The position numbers and the translations under genes are program-made. A stretch of 64,000 nucleotides of DNA from a virus (Duplodnaviria > Caudoviricetes): IMG/VR virus record IMGVR_UViG_3300048502_000133, positions 1 through 64,000 of that record. One strand, 5' to 3'. The notes beneath the pieces were generated by a model. That model was not told where the DNA came from and did not search any database. It saw nothing but the letters and a program-made list of their open reading frames with translations. This document shows, piece by piece, positions 44,049 through 52,205 of the stretch (positions are counted from its first letter, which is position 1; each line of letters begins with the position of its first letter).

Positions 44049-45185
44049 ATGATCCATCGCCACACGATGCAACGGGTCCACAGGTGGAGACAGGAACCCG
44101 CTGCACCAGGAGTACTCTTCCAGGATACGTGGCGCCTCATAAGGGCGCAACCCTTTGCCTGGAATTGCCTCTTGCTGCGGGCGTCGTTTGGCCGGAAAGT
44201 ACAACGACTGATGCAACAGGATATAGATATTCATGCACCGGCGCCCTCCCTTACAACGGAGCTTCGTCAGCGTCTGATGCAGGTAGGACTGAGCAAGTCA
44301 CGCGCAAACGCCCTGGTACTCGCGTTTGACCCGGACGTAATAGAACAGCAGCTCAACTGGCTCCCGGAGCGCCCCCACGTCAACAACCCCGGCGCGTACA
44401 TAGAGACCGCGATCAGGGGGAATTTTGATCCCCCAGGAGCGCGCCCAGGAAGACGGGCGCCCGTACGAGACACCGCTATAGACCCGCAGAAATACATCAC
44501 CGGCAAAGTCGCCTTTTGTCCCACCTGCGGCGCGCGGCCCTGCTGCTGTGCCGATCTCGACTCCGTTGACTGGAGCAACCCTACGGCGCTCTTACACGTA
44601 GCAACGGATAGCGTCTCCAGAGAGCAAGAAGTCAACCCGCCTATCCAGGGTGTGCATAACCTGGGGGAAAGCGTACAGAACTCTGGGGATAGTTTTGTCC
44701 CTCCTACGCCACCGGCGCCCGCCCCCCTAGAAGAGAAGAAGCGCGGACAAGGTACGCGACCGCGCACCGATACGGCCCGCCCAGGCCACGCGACTATCCA
44801 GCCCGCCCAGCCCGCCCCGGAACCTGTACCGGCGCTGTCCAGTGCGGAAGAAGAGCCCGGAGAGTCCTCCCGCGCACAGCGCCTTGTCGTTGACGACCCG
44901 ATACTGGCCGGACACTTCACTATTTTTACCGAAGCCCTCATGTACGAACCGGATCTGAGCGCTGCGGCGAAGTACACCTTGCTCTGCCTGCTGCAATATC
45001 ATCGGCGCGGCGGCGGTGTATTTCCCGGAAGAGCAGAGCTGGCCCGCGTGATCCAGGTCACCGAAAAGACCCTGCGAGGGTATCTACAAGAGCTAATAGA
45101 CAAGAAATATCTAAAAATAGAGAAGGGCTTCGGATCGCCCAGCACCTACGTGGTGCTCTACAATACAGCGCCGACCAATCGGTAA
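44049..45185 (+). CDS. putative replication initiator (C-terminal HTH_36-like winged helix); start uncertain, possibly ATG 44210
   Basis: DLSAAAKYTLLCL...FPGRAELARVIQVTEKTLRGYLQELIDKKYL; N-terminal NNPGAYIETAI domain; followed by iteron-like array. Confidence 0.7.
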   Translation: MIHRHTMQRVHRWRQEPAAPGVLFQDTWRLIRAQPFAWNCLLLRASFGRKVQRLMQQDIDIHAPAPSLTTELRQRLMQVGLSKSRANALVLAFDPDVIEQQLNWLPERPHVNNPGAYIETAIRGNFDPPGARPGRRAPVRDTAIDPQKYITGKVAFCPTCGARPCCCADLDSVDWSNPTALLHVATDSVSREQEVNPPIQGVHNLGESVQNSGDSFVPPTPPAPAPLEEKKRGQGTRPRTDTARPGHATIQPAQPAPEPVPALSSAEEEPGESSRAQRLVVDDPILAGHFTIFTEALMYEPDLSAAAKYTLLCLLQYHRRGGGVFPGRAELARVIQVTEKTLRGYLQELIDKKYLKIEKGFGSPSTYVVLYNTAPTNR

Positions 45186-45381
45186 AAATTACCGCTTTAC
45201 ACCATTTCGGTAGATTCTACCGAAATGGCAAAAAAGGGCCATTTTGAGGGCTCTCCATTTCGGTAGATTCTACCGAAATGATCGGTAGTTTTTACCGGAT
45301 CACTATTTATACATATATATACATATAGGTACGATCGATCGATCGCGCGAAGAGACCAACAAGCGGCGGTAGAAACTACCA
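45180..45381. repeat. candidate replication origin: five CGGTA-N5-TACC(G/A) palindromes plus AT-rich tract
   Basis: Copies at 45180, 45208, 45261, 45283, 45367; AT-rich 45302-45327; three overlapping GATC at 45333-45344. Confidence 0.75.
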
Positions 45382-45404
45382 CTCCCGGAGCGTCCCTTTT
45401 TACC

Positions 45405-45435
45405 CGTTGCAACACCCCCCGCGATACCGTATGCT
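45405..45435 (+). promoter_or_regulatory. box promoter 5: TTGCAA-17-TATGCT with the box over the -35
   Basis: CGTTGCAACA at 45405-45414; TATGCT at 45430-45435. Confidence 0.7.
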
Positions 45436-45483
45436 AAGGGCAGGCCCGGCGTGCGCCCGGCACTAGAAGGAAAGAGGAAGCAC

Positions 45484-45972
45484 ATGGAAACTTTTGAGTA
45501 TGGAGATGGTCTCCACGTAGAAGCCCAGGATCTCACCGCCGATCAAGACCCGATGCTGGCGGGTCCGTACGGCGTCCCCTTTGACGAGACCGTCACCATG
45601 GCAGCGGATTGGCTGGGGTACCAGCTCCGCGATCTGCTGGATCTGGTGCATCGGCTGTTCCCGCTCCTCCCGCTCCTCCCGCTCCGCTCCCAGGACGTAA
45701 CCCTGGTTATCCAGCCGGACAAGGGGCGGATCTTCCTTCGCCACGAAACCGGCCTGATGGTCTACGTCTGCATCACAGAGAACACGAGTGAGTCCACCTC
45801 CTGGTCACGTTCCTTCGCCCTATCGGAGCGCGCCCATGACGGCAACAGCAGCCCGGAGTACGTCCGACAGCGGGCGCTGGCACTGGCGGCGGCGATCACC
45901 TCTCAGGAGGTGGAGCGCCAGGGCGATAGCATCCCGGTACCCACGCACGCCCCCCACTACATGGATAACTGA
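45484..45972 (+). CDS. hypothetical protein
   Basis: GAGGAAG RBS, ATG 45484; 162 aa. Confidence 0.6.
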   Translation: METFEYGDGLHVEAQDLTADQDPMLAGPYGVPFDETVTMAADWLGYQLRDLLDLVHRLFPLLPLLPLRSQDVTLVIQPDKGRIFLRHETGLMVYVCITENTSESTSWSRSFALSERAHDGNSSPEYVRQRALALAAAITSQEVERQGDSIPVPTHAPHYMDN

Positions 45973-46001
45973 TTTTCCCCGGTTTTCCCTCTGGCACATG
46001 C

Positions 46002-46030
46002 TTGACACGCGTTGCAACGTATGGTACGAT
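46002..46030 (+). promoter_or_regulatory. box promoter 6: TTGACA-17-TACGAT
   Basis: TTGACACGCGTTGCAACGTATGGTACGAT. Confidence 0.9.
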
Positions 46031-46095
46031 GCTCTTGTCAAGTGAAACACGAGTGAGACGGTGAAGCGCTCACTCCAAGAAGGAGGACGGTAAAC

Positions 46096-47313
46096 GTGAC
46101 CGCAATATCTACCCTTACAGCCGTACCGGCGCCCGCCACCACGCCAGCTCAGGTGATCCGCCAGGTTGAAAACGACCTGAACAGCGTACTGATCGAGCGT
46201 CAGCCCGTTGTCCGTCTTCTGCTGGCCTGTGCGGTCGCCGGGCAGCACCTCTGCCTGCTGGGGCAGCCCGGTACGGCGAAGACGTTTCTGGTAGACCAGT
46301 TCGCCCGCCGGGTGATTGACCCTGCCAACACGCCGAACGTGATTCCGATGTTCGATGTGCTCATGAGCAAGTTCACCACGCCGGAAGAGATCTTCGGGCC
46401 GGTCAATGTCGCGGCGCTCAAGAACGGCGCCTACGAGCGGGTGATCGAAGGCTCCCTCCCGCAGGCCCGCTTCGCCCACCTGGACGAAGGCTGGAAAGCG
46501 AACAGCGCGATCATGAACAGCCTGCTGAAACTGACCAACGAGCGCAAGTACAAGCATGGTACCCAGTGGCTGGACGCGCCGCTGCAAGCGCTGGTCATCA
46601 GTTCCAACGAGATGCCCCAGGAGGACAACCTGACGGCAATCTGGGATCGCATGGCGTGCCGCGTTGAAGTGCCCAAGCTGTCTCCGGCGGGGCGGCGCGA
46701 ACTGAACTTCCGGTTCACGCGTCCCGGTGGCTGGCCGGTACCGGTGCCCCAGGCATACATCACCGTCCAGGAATTGGAGCAGGCCCGCGTTGACGCAAGT
46801 TTCCTGCCCGTCTCCGATCAGATTCTAGACTCTGCCCTGGAGCTGATCGACGCGGTAGAGCAGAAGGGGGTGCGCGTCTCTGAGCGGCGCCAGGGCATCA
46901 TGTGGGGCGTCGTCCGGGCTCACGCGTACATCGAAGGGCGCCAGGAGGTAGAGCCTGAAGATCTCCAGATCCTGGAACACATTCTGTGGAACGACCTGGG
47001 CCAGCGGGTGGAAGTCAGCAAGGCGATCGCGGATTGTATCGGCAAGTTCGTTTCCGAAGGGAAGAACATTTCTGACTCGCTGGCGGAAGATATGCAGGTG
47101 TTCCTGACCAAGCTACCCAAGCTGGACAGCAAGCAGCGCAGTGTCGAGGCAGGGCTTATGAACGACAAGATCAAGATCGCGATGAAGGCGCTCAAGGCGC
47201 TCAAGAACACCGCGATTAACGAGGACCGTTCGTACGCGACACTGGATCGCTACCTGCAGGAAGCGCGCGGCTTCAACGCGCAAGTGGTCGCGGTCTTCAA
47301 CGCTCCGGCGTGA
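46096..47313 (+). CDS. MoxR/RavA-family AAA+ ATPase
   Basis: Walker A GQPGTAKT, Walker B FAHLDE, KANSAIMNSLL, SSNE, AIWDRM. Confidence 0.92.
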   Translation: MTAISTLTAVPAPATTPAQVIRQVENDLNSVLIERQPVVRLLLACAVAGQHLCLLGQPGTAKTFLVDQFARRVIDPANTPNVIPMFDVLMSKFTTPEEIFGPVNVAALKNGAYERVIEGSLPQARFAHLDEGWKANSAIMNSLLKLTNERKYKHGTQWLDAPLQALVISSNEMPQEDNLTAIWDRMACRVEVPKLSPAGRRELNFRFTRPGGWPVPVPQAYITVQELEQARVDASFLPVSDQILDSALELIDAVEQKGVRVSERRQGIMWGVVRAHAYIEGRQEVEPEDLQILEHILWNDLGQRVEVSKAIADCIGKFVSEGKNISDSLAEDMQVFLTKLPKLDSKQRSVEAGLMNDKIKIAMKALKALKNTAINEDRSYATLDRYLQEARGFNAQVVAVFNAPA

Positions 47314-47360
47314 ACGGTGCGAGAGGGGTGGGCTCTTACAAAGCGCGCCCCTCTGCCCTC

Positions 47361-47389
47361 TTGATAAGCGTTGCAACGTGTGTTATTCT
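47361..47389 (+). promoter_or_regulatory. box promoter 7: TTGATA-17-TATTCT
   Basis: TTGATAAGCGTTGCAACGTGTGTTATTCT. Confidence 0.85.
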
Positions 47390-47427
47390 CGCTGTAGGTA
47401 GTGTTTGCGAGTGGTGGAGGAAGAGAC

Positions 47428-49059
47428 GTGACAGAGTTTTTCCGGCAAGTGCGCGACGGAAGCGCGGCAGTCAGTCACTCCGGCTGGGACGTGGCAAGCT
47501 ATCAGGACGGGCTCCGGGAATTGCCGGGGCTGGCGGAGGCAATCGAACGCAGCACGCCGCTGCTGGAGACTGCCCCCGGTCTGTTCCGGGATGCCTACTG
47601 GCTGGCAAACCAGTGGGTAGACGCCCCCAACGCGCAGATCGATCCGGTGGTACCGCTGCAGGGCGGGCATCGTTTGCATCCTGAACTCCTGCGGGAAATG
47701 GCCGGTACGACCGAATACCGCAAGCTGCGCGCCATGGGTACCGCGAATGACCCATTGCTTTCCGCGATCGCTGCCACCGGGCTGGCGGAGGGTATCATCC
47801 TGGCACTCCCTGAAAGCGCGAAGGAGAAGATCAACCAGGCCCAGCAGCTGCAGGAGCAGTTAGGTCAGCTGCAGCAGGCGGCGAATACGCTCTCCAGCCA
47901 GGCTGAAGACCTGGAAGACCTGGCACAGCAGCTGGAGAACCTGGCACAGCAACAGCCCAGCCCGCAGCATCAGGAGCAGGCGGCAGACGCGGCGGCGGAA
48001 GCCTTCGCTGCGGCCCAGCAGGCGGCACAGGCCCAGCAGCAGGTTGGGGACATGCACGTTGCGATCCAGCAGGTTGCCCTTGAACCAGGCGAAGTGGACC
48101 AGACCAGACGCGGCGCCAAACAGGCACTGGCCCAGGCAGCAGGCGCTATCGAGGAGCTGCAGGAGGGGCAGGAGGCGTTCATGCCCTCCTGGGGGCGTAC
48201 TGGCCCGGTAGGGGCGACTACCCGACAACCGGCGGAGGCGATCGCGCTGATGAAGCGCCTCTCCGCTGAACGGCACCTGGCACTGGTTGCGCGTGTTGCC
48301 GGGCGGCTCATCCCGTCTGTTCTCGCGGTCCAGAAGACCAAGATGGACCATAAAGCCGCAAGTATTACCGACATAACGCGCGGTCATGACCTGGAGCGCA
48401 TGATCACCGGAGAGATGGCCCTGCTGACGGATTCCGGGCTGGAAGACCAGTTCTGGGCGAAGTACTCCGATGACGGGCTGCTGCTCTACCAGCAGGAGGA
48501 GAAGGTACCCCAGGAACGCGGCCCCATCATCGTGGCGATCGATGAGTCAGGCAGCATGGCGGCAGGTATCGGGGACGCGACCCGCCACGCCTGGGCGAAG
48601 GCGGCGGCGCTGTCGATTCTCGCGGTCGCCAGCCGCCAGAAGCGCTGGGTGCGCGTCCTGCTGTTTTCCGATAGCGGCGACCTCGACACGATGGACTTTG
48701 ATCCACGCCCGAACGGCGATCCCGCGAAACGCTGCACGACTGAGCGCCTGCTGGCGCTGGCTAGTCACGATTTTGGCGGCGGCACGTACTACGATGGCTG
48801 GATGGCCCGCGCGATTCGTACCGTCACGAACGAGCAGCCGAAAGCCGATGTGATCCTCATCTCCGATGGGCTCTGCGGGGTTAGCGACGAAAACCTGAAG
48901 CGCTGGAGGAAGCAGCGGGCGGAAAAGGAGATGCGGGCATACGCCATTCTCATCGGGTGTACCGATTACATGGGCACCCTGGGCAGGATCTGTGACTCTG
49001 TGATGACCCTTGAATCTATCACCCAGGACCAGGCAGTCCAGACACTCTCCGTAGTCTGA
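47428..49059 (+). CDS. ViaA-like von Willebrand A domain protein
   Basis: MIDAS DESGS, FGGGT, ILISDG; long Gln-rich coiled coil; GGAGG RBS before GTG 47428. Confidence 0.9.
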   Translation: MTEFFRQVRDGSAAVSHSGWDVASYQDGLRELPGLAEAIERSTPLLETAPGLFRDAYWLANQWVDAPNAQIDPVVPLQGGHRLHPELLREMAGTTEYRKLRAMGTANDPLLSAIAATGLAEGIILALPESAKEKINQAQQLQEQLGQLQQAANTLSSQAEDLEDLAQQLENLAQQQPSPQHQEQAADAAAEAFAAAQQAAQAQQQVGDMHVAIQQVALEPGEVDQTRRGAKQALAQAAGAIEELQEGQEAFMPSWGRTGPVGATTRQPAEAIALMKRLSAERHLALVARVAGRLIPSVLAVQKTKMDHKAASITDITRGHDLERMITGEMALLTDSGLEDQFWAKYSDDGLLLYQQEEKVPQERGPIIVAIDESGSMAAGIGDATRHAWAKAAALSILAVASRQKRWVRVLLFSDSGDLDTMDFDPRPNGDPAKRCTTERLLALASHDFGGGTYYDGWMARAIRTVTNEQPKADVILISDGLCGVSDENLKRWRKQRAEKEMRAYAILIGCTDYMGTLGRICDSVMTLESITQDQAVQTLSVV

Positions 49060-49069
49060 TCGTTCACGC

Positions 49070-49108
49070 AGCCCCTGTGGCCCTGAAAAAGGCGCTACAG
49101 GGGCTTTT
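49070..49108 (+). terminator. probable intrinsic terminator after vWA gene
   Basis: AGCCCCTGTGG ... CTACAGGGGCT followed by TTT. Confidence 0.65.
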
Positions 49109-49133
49109 CCCGTATACGCAGGAGAAAGGGACC

Positions 49134-49445
49134 ATGGCCACCTTACAAATGCCCTCAGTGCCTAGAATGGTGCTTTACTACGCGTACGGCACGCCCCATG
49201 GGGAGTTCCCCGAAGGCGCTAGGCGCGCCGCGATTATCACCGAAATAGATGATCCTACCCGCATTGACACTCCCGTAGGGCTCTGTGTCTTGAACCCCAC
49301 CGGCATGGCGTTTTTGCGTCATGTGCCCTACGCCCGCTATCCCGGCGATCCCGGCCACTGGGACTGGCCCCCGTTTGTCGCCGGACTCTCCCTGCCCGAT
49401 CCCGATCCGGTGGCCCCTGTGCATACGGACTGGGGAGAGCTGTGA
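49134..49445 (+). CDS. hypothetical phage protein
   Basis: PSVPRMVLY...RAAIITE...VLNPTG...WDWP pattern of a common phage family. Confidence 0.6.
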   Translation: MATLQMPSVPRMVLYYAYGTPHGEFPEGARRAAIITEIDDPTRIDTPVGLCVLNPTGMAFLRHVPYARYPGDPGHWDWPPFVAGLSLPDPDPVAPVHTDWGEL

Positions 49446-49765
49446 GCACCTACAGGCCCTTGGGTATGCTGATGGTCATGCACTTCTGCGCGCAGTGCGA
49501 GACAGGCAGCGCTACCTCCGCCCTGGAGATAGCGCGGGCCGATGGGGCTGTGCAGTGCCTGCGGTGTAAAACCTGGAAGTCTGCTGATCCGTCCACGCTG
49601 AGAGAAATACAGAAATATCTCACTGAAGCGCGTCGGCAAGGGTTGACACACGTTGCAACGTATGATACCATTCCTGTAACGGAACCGCAGACACCGGAGG
49701 CAGTCCGGGACGGTCCGGGAGCACAGGAGGCAGCAGATGTTCAAGCCCACGATTACCCCAATTAG
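49442..49765 (+). CDS. hypothetical Zn-ribbon protein
   Basis: CAQC...CLRC; 3' part reads through box promoter 8. Confidence 0.5.
   Translation: MSTYRPLGMLMVMHFCAQCETGSATSALEIARADGAVQCLRCKTWKSADPSTLREIQKYLTEARRQGLTHVATYDTIPVTEPQTPEAVRDGPGAQEAADVQAHDYPN
49643..49671 (+). promoter_or_regulatory. box promoter 8: TTGACA-17-TACCAT
   Basis: TTGACACACGTTGCAACGTATGATACCAT. Confidence 0.88.
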
Positions 49766-50825
49766 TACGGTCAAGGCACTGGCGGCGGGTCTGTCCGTTC
49801 TGCCGGATCCAGATGAGGAGGACGTGGTTTCTCCCGTTGCGGTGCCGGTCACTCCAGGCCCGGTCACCATGGCGACACTGGCCCACGCGACGGACGGGAT
49901 TCCGCTCCTGGGGTACACCGTCTGGTGGTATGTGCCCAGCAACGCCTGTGTCAAGCAGGACGCCTGGAACCAGGCGTGGAACGGGCGCGGGCTCCCCAAG
50001 ATTCCGGCGAATCCCTGCACACCGCGCGCGGCGCTGCGGGCCGGTATCGAAGACTGGCTGGAAGATCGGGCGAAGGCGATGGGCTCTATCTACGGGCGGT
50101 ACTCCACGAGTACCGAAGCCAGCCAGGTAAGCCTGATCCGGGTGATCAACTCCGCTGCCAGTCCGGAGACCGTCTTCGTCATCGTGATCGAACAGCGCGA
50201 TCTGGCGAAGTACGGCCTGCAGCACGCGACCGGGCTGCGGGTCTTCCTGAACAAGGAAGCAGGGACGATGTGGTGTACGGTCCAGGGGTCCGGCGGTGTT
50301 GAAGACGTGGTGCCGGAGCCCGCGATCGCGGCGGAGATTGCCCAGTATTGGGGTAAATACACGAACGCCCTGGTAGCGCGGGACGTGACCAACGCGCTGA
50401 ATGAGGCACTGTCGCGCGTCGGCATGGTACGCGTCAAGCGCGAAGGTGGGGTCTATTTTCTTCCCGCCAACTCCCGCCCGATAGCCGATGAACTCAACGA
50501 GTTTCTGGCTGCGGCGGTGCCTGGGGCGTACATCTCGCTGCTGGGTGTCCCGGATGCAGGCGCGTCGAAAGTGGCTCTGATGCGCGGTGCTACAGACGGG
50601 CTTCTGGCAGAGATAAACGAAGAGGCGCGCGTGGTGGCCCGCTACGAGAGCGAGAAGGAGACGGTGCGCGTCAAGACCCTGGCGGGCGCGATGGGCCGGA
50701 TCACGCAGCTGCGGGCGAAGGTCTCCGCTACAGCGTCTCTCCTGGAAATGTCGAAAGACTCCCTGGAAGAGTCGCTAGGGACGCTGACGCGGCGCGTAGA
50801 AGACCTGATGCTGGATGAAGATTAA
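49737..50825 (+). CDS. DUF6744/DUF3150-like protein
   Basis: LLGYTVWW, GLPKIP...PRAALR, VRVKREGGVYFLP; AGGAGG RBS; neighbour of AAA+ and vWA genes. Confidence 0.6.
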   Translation: MFKPTITPISTVKALAAGLSVLPDPDEEDVVSPVAVPVTPGPVTMATLAHATDGIPLLGYTVWWYVPSNACVKQDAWNQAWNGRGLPKIPANPCTPRAALRAGIEDWLEDRAKAMGSIYGRYSTSTEASQVSLIRVINSAASPETVFVIVIEQRDLAKYGLQHATGLRVFLNKEAGTMWCTVQGSGGVEDVVPEPAIAAEIAQYWGKYTNALVARDVTNALNEALSRVGMVRVKREGGVYFLPANSRPIADELNEFLAAAVPGAYISLLGVPDAGASKVALMRGATDGLLAEINEEARVVARYESEKETVRVKTLAGAMGRITQLRAKVSATASLLEMSKDSLEESLGTLTRRVEDLMLDED

Positions 50826-50845
50826 CCCCCATGCGGCAACGCCAG

Positions 50846-50876
50846 AGACCCGGCCAGTACTTCTGGCCGGGTCTTT
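50846..50876 (+). terminator. intrinsic terminator
   Basis: 12-bp stem AGACCCGGCCAG / CTGGCCGGGTCT then TT. Confidence 0.75.
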
Positions 50877-50883
50877 CGCTATG

Positions 50884-50902
50884 CGTTGCAACGGAGTATG
50901 CT
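50884..50902 (+). promoter_or_regulatory. box promoter 9 (weak -35): CGTTGCAACG then TATGCT
   Basis: Box at 50884-50893, -10 at 50897-50902; no consensus -35. Confidence 0.7.
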
Positions 50903-50936
50903 AGAGGGAAGACACACACAGAGAGAGGGAAGGACC

Positions 50937-51248
50937 ATGATAGACACACCCGCACCACCGGCGAATGAATTACTGACCCTGGCACAGGTAGAAGAGCTGA
51001 CCGGCATTTTGCCTGCAAGTCTGCGCGGGCTGATTCTGCGCGGGCGGCTCAAGGCTACCCGGCAAGTCGAATTAGGGCACGATCTCCAGGATCGGCGGCG
51101 CCAGTCCGGCGGCGGCGGCGTCTGGTTAGTCAGTCGCGGCGATCTGCATAGCTACCTCCAGTCTCGTACCCCGACCGGACGGTACCGGGCAGTAAGCCCG
51201 CAGTACGAAAACCCAGAAGGAATGGATCCACTGGCGCGAACCAGTTAA
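50937..51248 (+). CDS. HTH_17-type DNA-binding protein, candidate box-binding regulator
   Basis: LLTLAQVEELTGILPASLRGLILRGRLKA...WLVSRGDL. Confidence 0.75.
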   Translation: MIDTPAPPANELLTLAQVEELTGILPASLRGLILRGRLKATRQVELGHDLQDRRRQSGGGGVWLVSRGDLHSYLQSRTPTGRYRAVSPQYENPEGMDPLARTS

Positions 51249-51307
51249 TATCCCCCTTATCGGCGCGTGTGGGCATGGTATTCTTTCCCGCGAGGAGGAG
51301 AGTTACC

Positions 51308-51805
51308 ATGCCTACACGTCACACCAGAAGGGCAGCCGTCGCCGCGTCTACGCCGCGATCTAGCCGCTGGGCGCTCCATGAAACATCCGTCGCTATCGAA
51401 CGTCCGGACGGCTCCCAGAGCAAGGTTGCCGCCAGCAGGGACGGCGCGGGCACCTACCACCTGCACCCTAGTTTTGTCACCACCCTTGACCGAAAGCAGT
51501 ACCGCCCGCGCTTTGCCGCCTACCTGGACGGGGACGTGCGCGACGATCGCGCCCTGGCGCCGCTCCTCCCTCTCTCGATTGAAGAGGCGCGTACCCTCCT
51601 CCATCGGCGCCATCCACCCCTTGCCGCAGTGCTGGAGCATTGCGTGTTTGGCGAAGAAAAGACCCAGGAGCACGCGGAAAAGTGCTGCAAGCCTCCGGTG
51701 GCCCGCCAAACCATCAATGAGCGCCGCGATCGGGCCGTTCGCCTCCTTGCAGGCTGGACAGATAACGCGCGAGAGCTGCGAACTTGCGAACTTGCTCCAC
51801 ATTAA
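51308..51805 (+). CDS. putative late-gene transcription regulator (sigma region 4 / Q / RinA-like position)
   Basis: GAGGAGG RBS; C-terminal HTH-like KTQEHAE...RQTINERRDRAVRLL; last gene before packaging promoter. Confidence 0.45.
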   Translation: MPTRHTRRAAVAASTPRSSRWALHETSVAIERPDGSQSKVAASRDGAGTYHLHPSFVTTLDRKQYRPRFAAYLDGDVRDDRALAPLLPLSIEEARTLLHRRHPPLAAVLEHCVFGEEKTQEHAEKCCKPPVARQTINERRDRAVRLLAGWTDNARELRTCELAPH

Positions 51806-51809
51806 GTGA

Positions 51810-51838
51810 TTTACGTGCCTGCGAAAATGCGCTATGGT
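51810..51838 (+). promoter_or_regulatory. putative late promoter TTTACG-17-TATGGT (no box)
   Basis: Hexamers at 51810-51815 and 51833-51838, upstream of the packaging operon. Confidence 0.6.
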
Positions 51839-51844
51839 GTCCAT

Positions 51845-51964
51845 GACTCGTGGTGTTTCTACTCTGCAACCGGGCGTCTCACCTGCTTTCAGGGCCTCAA
51901 CAACGGACGTGCTCCAACAACCGATGTGCTTCACTGCTGGACAGCCCACCACGAGTCTTTTTCT
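51845..51964 (+). ncRNA. candidate end-paired leader / small RNA of the late operon
   Basis: GACTCGTGGTG (51845-51855) is the exact complement of CACCACGAGTC (51947-51957), followed by TTTTTCT and then the AAGGAGG RBS. Confidence 0.5.
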
Positions 51965-51977
51965 GCAAGGAGGCGCT

Positions 51978-52202
51978 GTGCCAAAGTACAGCTGGCCAGC
52001 GGATGAACCGCTGGCTAAAACACTCGCATCCCTCAACGTGCTTCCGGCGATCAAGAGCGATCCCAAAGTGCTCCCGCACAACGGGCACAACTGGCGGCGT
52101 ACGGCGTTCGGTACCTATCGCTGCAGCAGGTGCGCACTGCAGTCCCGCACCCCAACAGACGTAGAACTGCGCTGCACGCGCATCCTGCGTGAGGAAGACT
52201 AA
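51978..52202 (+). CDS. small Zn-finger-like protein
   Basis: AAGGAGG RBS, GTG 51978; HNW...CSRC...C. Confidence 0.6.
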   Translation: MPKYSWPADEPLAKTLASLNVLPAIKSDPKVLPHNGHNWRRTAFGTYRCSRCALQSRTPTDVELRCTRILREED

Positions 52203-52205
52203 CTA

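Noticed and set aside
44597-44606. Variant box CGTAGCAACG inside the initiator-like gene as a twelfth promoter
   Set aside because: No -35/-10 pair at the expected spacing on either strand; at most an operator or a chance match
51806-52006. 66-aa ORF over the late promoter and leader
   Set aside because: Starts inside the promoter with no RBS; the strong RBS at 51967 serves GTG 51978 in another frame
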